Positions 24,476 through 37,846 of a DNA stretch of 64,000 bases are shown one piece after another. The stretch comes from Camelus dromedarius (lineage: Eukaryota). The stretch lies in contig NC_087436.1 in assembly GCF_036321535.1 (NCBI RefSeq), positions 112,222,001-112,286,000 on the forward strand, in the 5' to 3' direction. Position numbers and translations under genes: made by a program. Position 1 is the first letter of the stretch. Each line of letters opens with the position of its first letter. The notes below the pieces were generated by a model. That model worked only from the letters and a program-made list of their open reading frames with translations, had not been told where the DNA came from and did no database searches.

Positions 24476-27400
24476 TTGAACTGCCTTTTCAAAGCAGTGC
24501 ACCCCTTCTATGTCCTTCAAGACCAATGCCCTCATGCTGATAACAACAACCAAAATGATTTTGAGATTCCTTCACAGGATTGGATGGTTACTCCCCACAA
24601 AAGTGGGAATCTGTCTTTTAATACAGGACTGCACCGGTTACAAAGGAATTAACTACTAATGGTGAAGTTTGGAAGGTCATGTTTTGGGGGAAGGATAGAA
24701 AAGGAGAGAATCCAAAAACCATGTCATAGCTGCCATTTGAGTTCGCCTGTGAGGTTCCAGTTCTTCAGATTTGTGAGATAAGAGTAAGAACTAAACTGCC
24801 ATTTGCTGAGTGCAGACTCCTCTCCAGGCTCCACTGTAAGAGCCCTTGCTCTCTTCCTATGAAAGTCTCCTAAGACATCGACACAGGAAAGTAGCCCTTG
24901 TGATAGCATCACAGCAGGAAACAGGTCCCAGAATGGACAAAGTTTAATTTTCCAAAATCTAGATTCTTTGTAACAGGTGTTTTGGGGACAAAGTGTGTTG
25001 AACCCTTAAAAGTTCAAATTATGTCCAATATTTTCTTCCTCTGTGGATCCCTTCCTAACCAAATACCAGGAGGCATGAAAACCTCTCCTAAGCTAAATAA
25101 TCTGTCAAGAAGATGATGACGGTGTTTTAAGTCAAATCCAACTCATCATTTCAAATATTATTTTTGAAATTCTTATTATGTGAAAATCCTTGGAAAAAAT
25201 AGGTCTTGCCTTCCAGGAGTGCTCTATCTTCTCAGGGTTTCAGATGCATTTGTAAGCCACCCCCACTTACCCCTCAACAGAAGGCAGGTGAAGGTTATGA
25301 TTTTTGAGAATGGAGAAGGTGTGCTATGGAAATACAAGAGGAAAGAGGTATTTATTCTACCTGGAGAAGATGTGGGTTTTGAATTAAGCCTTGATGTAAG
25401 AGCAGGAATTGAATAGAATTGAGATTGTGGTTCATCTTGGACCAAAGTGCATTGTTGGTGAAGACAAAGTTAATTTGGAAAGAGAGCATTAAACTTCTGG
25501 GGACATGCCACTTTCCTTTCTTTACTCTAGGATCTGGTCCTGCCCAGAACTTTTAGGCACACAGGGCAGTTAGGAGCCCAGGTGACCCACTGTCTTTCTC
25601 TGACTTCTCCAAGGTGACTGCCCAGGGATGCTCACATCTAACACATGGGCTGGAAGTAGGGTGGGAAAACTAGGGTTTCTCTAGGTCAAGGATTTATTTC
25701 CTAAGGCCACTAGGCTCCAAACTCTGAACTGGTCCATAAGGGCAAAATTCCTTAGAGACCCAAGATCATGCACAAGAGACCTTTGGAAATAGAGGTTTCC
25801 AGAAACTTGGAGTATCATAGAGTCCTGCCTTCACACCCCTAACTAATATATATTGATTAGTTCTTGGTTTACATCACGCTTTGTCCAGAAGCTTCCCTGA
25901 CACCTCCAGACCAGTTTTGTTGCCCTTTCTCTGTGCTTCCACATCACTCAGCGCTCACCTCCATCCCAGAACGTAAGTCTCCTCTGTAGTTGTCTCTACC
26001 TCTCCCTCCCCGTCTGGTAGGGTGTGTGCTCTGTGGTGGTAAAGACCATTTCATGGTTGGTCACATGCTCAGGGTCTAGCAAAGTGATTGTCCACATTAG
26101 ACATTTTAATGAACACATGAATGAAAGAATGAGTCAACCATACAACTGAGTTCTAGCAAGATTAACACGGGAGTCTGCAACAGAGTCAACAGGAAACCAA
26201 ACAAGAAACTCATCATTGCTTCAGAAAGAAATTTTGAATGAGGTACCTTCTCTTATTCATTTTGAATTTATATTTCTACCAACTTAGGAATCACTGGTTG
26301 ACATTGCCTCCATTCAGCATGGAGAACCCTGTTAGCTAGGGTTCACCCCAGGTCACCCAGGAGGCAGCTGGCGAGCCCACAGCCAATCTGTAGGGTCAGT
26401 CACCTTTTGCTTATGTGTTCACGCATTGTCCGTAGTTGGAGCTCAGGCAATGGACTGGCCTCCACGTCCAAATCACGAGCCTTGGCAGTTTATTCCAAAG
26501 AGAAATGTTCAGAAGCACTTTTCTGAGAATGGTCAAGGGGATGCAGAATCTTTACAGCGTCTACCATCAGCTTATCCCAACCAGACGAGAATGGAGCTGC
26601 CAGCTGGCTGGACAGACAAAGCAGACAAACTAAATCACACACAGAAGTGTGACAAGGTCCAAGCCTTTAGGGGCTACAGAGCCTTCAGTGGGAGATGGCT
26701 GGACTGAACAACCAGGAAAGTTAGGCTCCTGCAAGATATGGGAACCCAAACCAGGAGTGAGTGGATCCTAAAGTAGAACTCTGCAACAATTCCCTCCTGT
26801 GCATCGTTTTCCCTTAGGGAAAGACTTGGCCTGGACAACACTGCCATCCAGGCTGTAATTTTCAGAATTTTAAAATGCTAATTATCATTCTGTATTAGAT
26901 TTGCATAAGCACACTTAGAGGGTCTTCTTATTAAACTTTTAAGATGAGCATTAGCATTTTAATTTCTGAAAGATTTATTATTCCTCCCTTATCAGTAAAC
27001 AAACAGTTGGAAATGGAAACATTACTATATTTGAGATTCACCCTTATTGATAGGAACAACACAAAAATCTCAATAGGGAAGAGCCACAATTTCTAAGCCG
27101 TTTCAAGATGCACTCCGCCCCCCCAACACCGCCTCCGCTTCCCCTTCTGAAACTCATTACTAGGCTCTGAGGCATTCTGGGAAAAGTTGTCTGCGGACCC
27201 TCTTGTTTGGGCCCTGATCAAGAGTTCAGCTCGTGGGCCAGGTACATCTCACCCTCTGGTACAAACAATGCTGGGGTCAGTGTTTGCTGTTCCACAGGGA
27301 CAAGCAGATGAAAAAGCTACAGATAATTAACCAAGGACATGGTGGGAGGGGCTTTTCACAAGAAAGGCTGTCCAAGGCCTCAGTCTAGCCCTCCACTCCC

Positions 27401-27744
27401 CCAGGAAGTCTTTCTGGACCACAACCCACAGTGGTCTCTCTCCAGGGAACTTTGATTATTTTTACTACACACAGTTAAATGCTCACTGAACCACAGACTG
27501 TCAGAGCTGGCAAGTGTCTCAGGACATCTAAACCGTGGTCCCCAGATCATTGCCCAACTCAATGTGACCTGGAGATAGACTTTGTTTGGATGCATTATGT
27601 TTGGGAAAATCTTTCATCGGTCAACAGCATTTAGAACTAGGAAATTTTTTCATTAAAATAAATCTAGAGTTCTTGCTTCTCTTGAAAAATAAGAGGTTCT
27701 TACAATGCCAGGTGTGCTGGTTATTAACGAGAGCGCTCCACTCC

Positions 27745-28610
27745 AAGCCCATCCTGTCACAGTCTGGTCCATGATGCTGGCACTGGGACTCTGCAAATGT
27801 TTGTCTTTTGCCAGCTGGTTCCCTGTTAGGCTCTGCCAGTAACAGATGTTAGAGAAAGAGAGTCCAGAAGGCTGGACACATACCTTCCTGGGTCTTTCCT
27901 CTTCCTGTCATTGTCACCTCAGCAACAGTTTTTAACCCTGGCTGGGCAGATGGGTCCAACTTGTGTTTTTTCCCACCACCTCGCCACAACCAGGGTAGTT
28001 GTACCCCTCACTGAGATTCAAGCACCAGCCAGCCCATATCCCTTGGAGGTCTGGGTCCCAACTCCATGGGGCCCCTGCTCCTAGCTTCCAGGTGTGTGCT
28101 GCCCAACCGAAGGATGATGAGAGCCACAAATGCAAGTCACACGTGTCACTGAAAATTTTTCTAGTCACTAATTTTAAAATGATCAAAAGAAACAGGAGAA
28201 ATTAATGTTAGTCATCAGTTTTCCTCATATCAGCTTATCCAAAGTATTATCCCAATAATCAATATTAAAAGCAGTGTTAATGAGATGATTTATATCCTTT
28301 TCCATGTACCAAGTCTTTGAAATTCAGTGTGTATTTCACATGTAGAGCATTTCACAGTTCAGGCGGGCTACACTCCAAGTGCTCAACAGCCCACTATAGC
28401 CAGTGGCCATCATGTTGGATGCTGCAGCCCGAGGCCCTAAGAACCCCGCTGTCCCAGGGCTACAGTGGGAAGGCCTCCTGCAGCTGCTAGCTCAGCATTG
28501 TTCTCCTTTGGCTTTTTCAGTCCCCTAGGCTCTGTTTCAGCCTTTCTTATAATTCTCTACATTAAAATTATGATGTGTTTCCATTTTCCTGAGAGATCCT
28601 GACCAATCTG
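27745..28610. mobile_element. ERVL solo LTR (LTR33-like), interrupted by MER33
   Basis: gccagctggttccctgttaggctctgcca motif and a terminal ttcctg...cctgacc region. Confidence 0.5.
28093..28428. mobile_element. hAT-Charlie MITE (MER33-like)
   Basis: gctgcccaa...aaaagaaacaggagaaattaat...gaaattcagtgtgtattt...caagtgctcaacagcc...ttgga. Confidence 0.75.
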
Positions 28611-29199
28611 GTACTTGAACCAATGATTGCTGAGTAGCAGGTGCCCTTCTGGTGGGTCCAGGACTCGTCCTTTCACCCCAGGTCCCACCTCTCCCCAGTT
28701 CTGAGGCTGAATTGCAAGTGGGTATTATTTATCACTCCACTATAGGTAGAATTATGAAGAAAACGATGTTTCCAATACTCTCTCTTCCAAAAGTTGGAAA
28801 ACAAATGAAAGAACTAATAGCTATGTTCCTTCCCCAGCATCTTCATGCAGTCACACTGTTCCCCTGGGCCCTCTGGGTGGGCATCTGGGCCTGCAGTCCC
28901 AGTTCCAGACTGTTCAGGTAATGAGCTCTCAGAGGCTGGGTTATGCATCCCAGGGACAGCCAGGGACTTCCTGACTGATGACCAGCCTGGTGGCTGATCA
29001 CACCATAAGTGAGACTGCAGATGAGGAACGGTAGCTATGGTTACGCTTTAGACTTTACACAGTACCTGTGCGCGCATTATCTCATTAGCCAGACAGGTGC
29101 ATGTCGCTTTCCTGTGGGAACTACCCCACAGCCTTGCTTCTCACTCCCAGCCCAGCCTACAAGACTCCTGGCCTTTGTAAAATAAGTCACCCCTCTGCA

Positions 29200-29700
29200 G
29201 TAGTTCCGAGTGAAGACTCTGAAACCAGAGTGCCTGGGTTGGAGTTCTGGTCTACCACTTGCTAGCAGTAGAACGAGTCCCTTAATTTCTTCTCTGTGCC
29301 TTGGCAGTCACATCTAAACATCAGGGAAAGTAATGGTGCCAACCTCATTGGGGTGGTGTGAGAATTAAATGTGCTGGAGCATGCACACAACAGGACACTG
29401 TGCTTGGCATATAGTCAATGCTCAATTAACAATTAGTGGTACTCGCAGCAGCAACATCACTTTCTGGCCTGATTTGACCAGGAGGTAGAGATTAAGAATA
29501 TGAATTTGAATTGAAGCAGTGCTCAAATCTTGGCTCCTCCACTCACCAGCTGTGTTGCCTTAGGCAAATTACTTAGCCTCTCTAAGTCTCAGTTTCCTCA
29601 TCTATAAAATTGCAATTTATGCCTCAAAGGGTTTTGTGGAGAAGACAGTACATGATGTATAGTATTAGGTATGAGATAAGAGCTAAAAAGTGCATATTAT
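29200..29700 (+). mobile_element. Two adjacent MIR SINEs
   Basis: cctgggtt...accacttgctagc; ggcaaattacttagcctctctaagtctcagtttcctcatctataaaat. Confidence 0.75.
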
Positions 29701-30076
29701 TAGCATCATCTTTACCACCACCATCATTATCATCATTATCTTCCCTCGTGGTAAAATACAAGTGTGGGAAAATATTTTATCTGTTTAGCTTCACTATATT
29801 CAAGGACAAGGGGACCTATACAAATTAACGAGGTGCTCCCACTAAACTATGAAGCATCACCCACGTTACTCAACACCTCTTCATAAGTAAATTAAGAGAT
29901 GTGAACTAAAATCCTCAAGATCTTTCCAGATTTAAAATGTCTTATTGTCTAAGTCTATAAACTTTTCCATGAACAGGTTTATCTGATAAATTTCAGATGT
30001 CCAGGGGGCCTTGGGGACAGAATAGAGAGAGAGTAATTTTGGGGTGGTAGAATAAGGAAAGGAGAAATGGTCAAAA

Positions 30077-30218
30077 TATGGATGGATGCATGGATGGAAG
30101 GATGGCTGGCTGAATGAGCAGATAGATGGATGGTGATAGATAGATAGAAAGATAGATAGATAATAGATAGGTAGATAGACAGAGAGAGAGAGAGAGAGTG
30201 AGAGAGAGAGAGAGAGAC
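30077..30218. repeat. Compound microsatellite (GGAT)n(GATA)n(GA)n
   Basis: Directly visible. Confidence 0.95.
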
Positions 30219-31526
30219 CAAATAGATGTAGCAGGTTCAAAGTTGTATCTGGTGCAGCAGAATCCTGGGAGGAAGACACAATAAATGGAAAGGAAAGGGG
30301 ACCTAAAATTTACTGGACACCTACTCCACAGGTCAACTTGAACTTGCTATTTTATTTTATTGCCCACATCTTACAGTTGAATCCCAGAGATGAAGTACCA
30401 AAAGTCAAAACACTTCTAAGTGGTGGAACCTGGACTTGAACCAAGGACGTTGAACTCCAAATTCCAACTTCTATTTCCAAAGAGTCGAGTCTGCCAGTTC
30501 AGAGTGAACCTGGCAGAAAGGGCAGCCACAAACTTGAATCCTTAATTAGAAAAGCAAAGGCAGAATAAGAACTGGTGCTCAGTTAATTTCATAGGAAAAC
30601 TTCTCCCTTTCCAAGCATGGGTGAAATGGACTAAAATGAAACTCTCATCTTGGAAGTAAAATCCGTTCCATGCAGCCAGTTGAGTCTATGTGTCATATAC
30701 TTTGCAATTGTCTCTTTGGAAATTTGCACTGGGTCAGTCTGTGCTGACCTCCTTAACCAATTTAAAATCCAGGCAATATTTAAAATATTTTACTTTGGGG
30801 AAAAAAAATTTTAATAAAGCAATTAAAGAAGCTGAACAAGAAGTAAGATGCCTCTTTCTGGGAATAATGGATGGAATTGCTTGTCCTGTGTTTTCATCTC
30901 TTGTTTACTCAAAATTTTTCCCACAACAGAGTTCACGCTGCTCCAAATCCCCCAGCATCCAAGTTAATCAACTGCTGTGCTCCACAGAAACCTACTCAGC
31001 TCAAGCTAATCCTCTCATCAGCTAGATAAATAATATCTCAGACCTTTCTAAGAGTGGTCTAATTGGCTTTATTATTGTTATAAGCTTGTTACTTTCATTA
31101 CCACCGTTGCACTCTTTAATACTCAGATGTGGTACACAGAGCCCATCTGGGAAAGGTCATGGCTTAAGGGTCATAAAGCCCTGGGGCAGGAAATGTTTCA
31201 ATGCAAGTTTCAAGGGTGGGCTCAGAACATCCAACAACATCAAAAAGCTAGGCAGAGAAGGACCAGTTGAGATTGTTTATTTTATTATACGGTCATGGAA
31301 AGTGAGATGAAAGCAAGGAAGTGGCTCACCCAGACACAGGCTAGTATGTGACAGCATCTTGGCTCATAGCCCAGTGCTCCTCCTTTGTTATTTTGCTTAT
31401 TTAAGCTGTTGTGTTTCCTTCTACTTTTGTACCAGCACACATGCCTTGCAATTCTTCCCACAGCCCCTGGTTTTCCAATCTACACCAATGCATGACATGT
31501 GATAGAACAATTCTAAGAGAAGGCAT

Positions 31527-31958
31527 TGTGATGGATTGAATTGTGTCCTCCAAAAGAACGTTGAAGACCGGAACCCTAGTACCTGTAAACGTGACTTCAT
31601 TTGGAAAAAGCATTTTTACAGATTATCCAGTTAAGATGAGGTCAAGGATGGACTCCAATCCAATATGACTGCGTCCTTACAAAAAGGGGAAATTTGGACA
31701 CAGAGACAGACACATACAGAAGGAAGATGATGTGAAGACACAGGGAGAACACCACCTACAAGCCAAGGAAGGCCTGGGGCTGCCAGAAGCTGGGAGAGAG
31801 GGCTGGAGCAATGTCTCCCTCACAGCTCTCGGAAGGAAGAAACCTGGCCAATACCTTGATCTCGGACTTGTAGCTTCCAGACTGTGAGACAATGAATTTC
31901 CATTGCCTTAGCCCTTCAGTTTGCTGTTTTCTTATACGGCAGCCTCAGGAATTTATAT
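31527..31958 (+). mobile_element. MaLR solo LTR (MLT1C-like)
   Basis: tgtgatggattgaattgtgtcc...aatccaatatgact...caagccaaggaa...ccagactgtgagacaatgaatttc. Confidence 0.85.
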
Positions 31959-32319
31959 GGACATCTGTGGCATTTTACAGTGAAACAAAATGAAGTCCAG
32001 AACTATTGTGATTTTCTCATCTCATGGTTAATGTAATCAGGTCCAGAAATAAGATCATTTGGCTCTTGTCTGAGATCCATGTCAGTGAGAAAAGGGCTAA
32101 ACATATTCCCGGTGGTCAAACTAGAAACCCAGAGGAGTGGAAGTGGGCACCAAACCCTAAAAGCTGTGGCTTCCAGGCTGTTCCACTCTACCACCAGTGG
32201 AATAAAACCCACTTGTCTGCCCACTTTGCAAGATGCTAAGTGATGTGGCCCTTGTCTGCCACCATCTCTGCCCTCTCAGCCTGTAACAGCTCTAGCCCAG
32301 GTTTTCCACAACATATATA

Positions 32320-32815
32320 TCAATTGGGTTGTGTTTGGCTGCATCTGACAAACACTCATCTATAACAGCTTAATTGAAGACAGAGCTGGTTTAGCTTAGC
32401 TGCTAAAGAAAAGCAATGAAGACCAGGCTCCTTCCAGCTTCCAGATCTGCAATCCTTAGCGTATGTCTTTCATCCTCATAGGCTCACAGTGGCTGCTATG
32501 GTTCCAGGCACTGAATTTATGCTCCAAAAAAGAAGAAGGGGGAATGGAGAAGGGTAATAGAAAGCAAAAGGCACTTGCTGGCTTAATCTGTCTTTTTTCA
32601 TCAGGAAAACAATAGGCTTCCCCAAACTACCACCCAGTGGATTTACATTTCATTGGTCAAAACTGGTCATGTGGGCACCCAGGGAATGTCTGCAAAGGAC
32701 TGTGGAAAGAAGAGCATTTTTAGTTGGCCCAGTGTTGCCTCAAACAAATTGGTGTTCGTTAGTAATTAAGCAGGGGAGAAGGGCTATTTCACAGGCTACT
32801 AGCAGTGTCAGATAC
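32320..32815 (-). mobile_element. Old MaLR LTR (MLT1-family)
   Basis: gaccaggctccttccag, caatccttagc, cattggtcaaaactggtcatgtgg. Confidence 0.55.
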
Positions 32816-33334
32816 AGTACACAGCACACATCAATGGTAGTATATGGAAAACTATATTTTTAACTTTTAATAGTTAAGCATTTATTTTACTATGAACTAG
32901 AAGAAATGACTAGTAAATCAAACTTAAGATTTTATACATATTTTTGTTTTTAATGATACTAAGGGAGGTAGCAAAGAAAGAAAGTAAATTGATTTAAACA
33001 AAAATGCTAAATAAAATTGTGCTAGCAGTTGCCACTAGCTATAATGGGTGATACTTAAATTACTGCAATTTGGGAAATGTTGGAGTGAACCCATTCAACT
33101 TCCCCAAATAGCCTTGATCACTTCACTTCTCTGTGCCTTTGCCAATAGATAGATATTTCACCCAAAAATAAACTTCCCTAAGCTTTTCTTCTGGAGAAAT
33201 CCAAAATACCTCCAAAACTCTTCACAAATTTCATCTCCTTTGTTATGCTTTCCCTAGAGTCTCCAGTTTTTTATTCCTCGCTGTGGGTTTCCTCTAGCAC
33301 TTAGTATGTACCTCTATCTTCCTTTATCTCCTTG

Positions 33335-33770
33335 TATCAGTCAGCTTTGTCTACAATAATGCTACATAACAAATAATCTCCAAATCTCAAAGGCTTGCAA
33401 ACACAGAAATTTATTTCTTGCTCATGTTGCATTTTAGCAGCAGTGGGTCAAATGCTGTGGCTCTGCCAGGTTGTGATCGAGTCCGGATCTGATCCTTGTA
33501 TTTTCTCATTTAAGTACCCAGGCTGAGGAGCTAACCCCAATCAGAACCATTAAGTGCTCACAGTAAAGGAATAGAACACAAAAGAAAAGTTAGAGAAAAT
33601 TTACAATACTTCTTAAAACCTCTGCTTAGATATGGCAAACCATCACTCCCTCCCACAATTCCGTAGACAAAAGTAAGCCCAAATGACTAGGTCTAACATC
33701 AAGCAGACTAATCACCTTGGGGAGTGAGGGAGTATTTTTTGATAATAATACAAACTTCCGTGCTCCTGAT
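33335..33770 (-). mobile_element. Old MaLR LTR (MLT1J-like)
   Basis: tgtatcagtcagc...acataacaaataatctccaaatctcaaaggctt...tttatttcttgctcatg. Confidence 0.6.
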
Positions 33771-36114
33771 GTTGTAATAATGTATTTATATCTCTGACAT
33801 AGACACAAGACTGAGCTCTTGGAAGTCAGAGACTAGATCTAATGGATGTTTGTCACAGCTTTTTGAAGAAGTTAAAATACAGAAACTCATATTACCAGAT
33901 TCCCTTGCAGCAAGGGCAGCTAAGCATGTGACCAAGTCTCCTCCAATCAGAAATCACTGGAGATCTCAGTTCAGATGCAGTATTCTGAGGAAGGTGGGGC
34001 CATGTGGAAGGCATTTCAGCAAGATGGACATTTGGCTTTCAGCACTGGTTGCAGTCTAAGAAGCTTCTCCCAGTTGACATGAGCACAGCAGAGGGTCTGC
34101 TGGAGAAGTCCTATGGAAAAAATAAGCGCTGTGGCTGCCAATGTTGGCCAATAGCTGGCCCTCCCAAAAGATTCTAGGAGTTATCAAATATCCTTTGACA
34201 AATTTCTTTTCTGCCTCAATTAGCTAGAATAGATTCTCAGTTGGGTTTTTTTGTTTGTTATTTGTTTTTGTTTTTTGCAGCTATGAGCCTAACTGATAAA
34301 CATTATACCTTACCACTGTGTCCAGCACATGGTGGGTGCAGCAGGTTTAATGGGAAAAAGCCATTAATAAATTAAGAATAGCTAGTTTATTGAGCAGTTA
34401 CTGTATACCAGGCACTGTTCTAAGACATGTGAATCAATTTTCACATTTAATCTTTATAATCACCCTTTGAGATGAATACTATTACTGCTCCCCTTGTAGA
34501 GACCAGGACCCAGAGGGTAAGAACGAGTCACTATCATGTCATCAAATGACCAGCAACAGCTCCTCTGCAGAGTGATTTCCCTTGCACTCCTTTAATTTAA
34601 AAACACAGTTTCCAAAACTTTGCAGGAATCTGATCTCGTCGGGAGCCCTGCTCCTGAATGGCTCTGTGGAGTCAGTCTTCTGGCGTCTCTTTTGTCAACA
34701 CATTTAGAAGACATTTAGCAAACACTCGATTTGAAGCAGTCATTTAACTCTTCTTATCATCTTTTCCTCAGTTCTCATTTCATCACATAAAGTTTTATTC
34801 TTCTCCTTAAATGATCTCTGGGGGGGTTGAAGGACTGGAAAAGCTTTTAAAAATGGTTATTTCAGTAGCTCCACCAGCCTCTTTAGGAAAATGGCTCTGA
34901 AGTAACTCAGGTGTTATTTTTAAATCTTTACTTAGTGAATTAACTCTTCAGCTGCTATCAGAGATGAGATACATTTTCCAAGTTCCACTTCGCTAATTTT
35001 CTGCTCCAAGATCCAATACCCAGAATAAAGTTAGACTGAATTCTGCACTATTTTGGAAAATTGTCACTGAGGGCAGCCTTTGTAGCTGCATCTTAAAACA
35101 ACTTCTCTCGGCTGATTCTATTGATGGGGGTAGCTTTGGGCAGGAGAAAAGAAAATGAGAGACAAAGCCATTTACAATCTGTATACTTTAAGTTGATAGA
35201 TCTCTGTGCAGAACTCTTCCTCCCAAAAACCATCCAGATAAAGAAAATTGGCTTTCACATCAACTGTCAGCTCCTTCTCTCTCCTGTCTGTCTTGGTCTT
35301 GGGTCTCATTCTATTTTTCCTTTTGTTCATTAAGAAGGTAGGAAGCTAACCCTGGCAAGGGCCAGGTGAGTGGATGCTGAGTAGAAAACACATCATCTCA
35401 TTCAATTTTCACAACCACCATTTGGACCCAAGTGAGAAGGAATGAAGCAGAGGTCTGGGGTAGTAAAAGGACCGATTAACGAGCAGCAGACTTGAACTTC
35501 TAGTGCAGTATTCATTATATTAGGTCAAGTGGGCAGAAGCCCAAATATATCAACCTGAGAGATATTTGCATTTTTAAATCTAAGGGTGAAAATTCTTGAC
35601 AGCACAAAAAAGTGAAGCAAAAGGTTGGACCAGAAACAGAAGGGCTTCCACCAAGCATGTTGACCTGCAGGCAAGGTGGAAGAAGATTGCTACTTAGGTC
35701 ACATTTAAACCAGCCCTACCTGCTTTGTGAATCTTTCTCAGGTACTCTTTAGATATCAGGGTGTTTCACCCAAGAGAACAATTTATCCAGAGTCTGACCA
35801 AGCCTAGGGAACACTGACTTCAGTGCCTGTTGCAGGAGTACTTTCCTGTAAGATCGGAAATCTTACCTGATCTTCAAGCTCCTGCATAAAAGGCCTCTCC
35901 CTCAAGCCTTCTTACTAAGAAAGAAAGAATGATCTCTGAAAATCAGGCAAGACTGTACTCAATGCTTGGTGAATCCATGTGTCTATTCTGAATGGGTCCA
36001 CAGAACCAGTCCACCAGTGACACAGTGAAATAGCCTGATGGCCACCACATCATGGACTAGCGTGGTGTAGACTAAGGGAAAGGGCTCTGGAGCTGAATCC
36101 TGCCTCTGCCACCT

Positions 36115-37232
36115 CTGTGTGTTCTTCAGATCTTCAATATCCTTATTGATTTTCTGTCTGCTTGTTCTATCAATCATTGAATGAGAAGTGTTTAAATCTC
36201 CAGCCGTAACTGTGGCTTGTCTTCATCTTTGGCAGCTCTATCCATTGATGCTTTGTGTATTTGGATGTTTTGTTATCAGTGACATAAAAATTTCAAATTG
36301 TCATGTTCTCCTGATGAATTTATGCCTTAACCATTATCATATGGCTTCTTCAACCCTAGGAATATTCTTTGCTCCAAAATCTGCTTCGTCTGATGTTAAT
36401 ACAGACATTGCAGCTTTCTCTTGTATAATGTTAGCTTTCTAGATATTTGCCCATTTTTTTCTTTCAAACTATTTGTGCTTTATATTTAAATGGGCTTATT
36501 GTACTAAGAATATTGATGGCTCTTACTTTTTTATCCAATCTGACCATCTCTGCTAAAATGATTCTTAATATGATCAGTTTTAAATTTATGACCATTCTGT
36601 TTTCTCTGTGCCTCTCTTTCTATTTGTCTGCTCTATTTTTCCTCTTTCTTTTTATCCATTTTAGGAGTAAGAATTTTTACTATTCCATTGTATCTCCTCT
36701 TTGGCTTAGAAATTAATCCTCTTTGTTATGTTAATACAGTGGTTGCTTTAGGGTTTATATCTTTAACTTATCACAGTCTACCCTCAAGTGATATTTTACA
36801 ATTTCATGTGTTGTATAAGAAATTCTCAGTCATACACTGCTATGTTTCCCCTTCTACCTTGGTGCCATCATTTTAAGACATGTTACTTTTACATAATGTT
36901 ACGAATCACACATTACTTTGTTACTACTTTTGTTTAAACAGTAAATTATCTTTTCTTAATTAAACTCATTATTTTGAGATAACTGTAGATTGTAAGAAAT
37001 AATAAAGAAATTCCATATATTCTTTGTCCAGTTTCCTTCAATGATGATATCCTGCAAAACTACAGTACAGTATCACAATCAGGATATAGACATTTATACA
37101 CACAACCAATCTTATTCAAATTTCCCCAGTTTTCTTTGTACTGATAAGTGTGTGTGTATTTAGTTCTGTACAATTTTATTCAATGTGTAGATTCATGTTT
37201 CTACCACCATAATCAATTATCTTTAAAGAGAT
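36115..37232 (-). mobile_element. Ancient L1 fragments (ORF2 5' region plus L1M 3' end)
   Basis: The minus-strand ORF 35983..36177 begins IDRTSRQKINKDIEDL, which is L1 endonuclease-like. ttgagataactgtagatt and cacaatcaggata are L1M 3' motifs. Confidence 0.7.
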
Positions 37233-37846
37233 TGCTGTGGACTGAATTGTGTCCACCCTAAATTCATAAGCTGGATCCCTAGCCCCAGTGTGATGGTATT
37301 TGGAAACGGGGGTCTTTGGGAGATAATTAGGTTTAGATGAGGTTATGAGGGTGGGGACCAAACACCAGAGAGTTCTCTTGCTAGCTATCTCTCTCCCTCT
37401 CTCTCTCTCTCTTTCTTGTGCTCTCTGCCATATGAGGACCCAGTGAGAAGGCAGCCGTTTGCAAGATATGCTACAGACTGAGTTATAGTCCTTCCTCCTC
37501 CCACTCCCAATCCATATGTTGAAATTCTAACCTCCAATTCCTCACAACATGACTGTATTTGGAGATGAGGTCTTTAAAGAGGTAACTGAGTTAAAATGAG
37601 ATCATTAGAGTGAGCTCTAATCCCATATGACTCATGTCCTTAAAGAAAAGGAGATTAGGACACAGACAGAGGGAACACCACATGAAGACATAGGGAGAAG
37701 ACGAGAAAAGAGGGCTCAGAAGACACTCATCCCCCTAATATCTTGATCGTACTTTGAGCCTCCAGAATCACCAGAAAGTAAATCAGTGATGTGTCAACCA
37801 TCTAGTCTCCGATGCTTTGTTGTTGCAGCTCTGGCAAACTAATACA
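37233..37846 (+). mobile_element. Truncated MLT1A-like LTR followed by an MLT1B-like LTR
   Basis: Two LTR starts (tgctgtggactgaa at 37233, tgctacagactgag at ~37469) and one end (gcaaactaataca). Confidence 0.8.
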
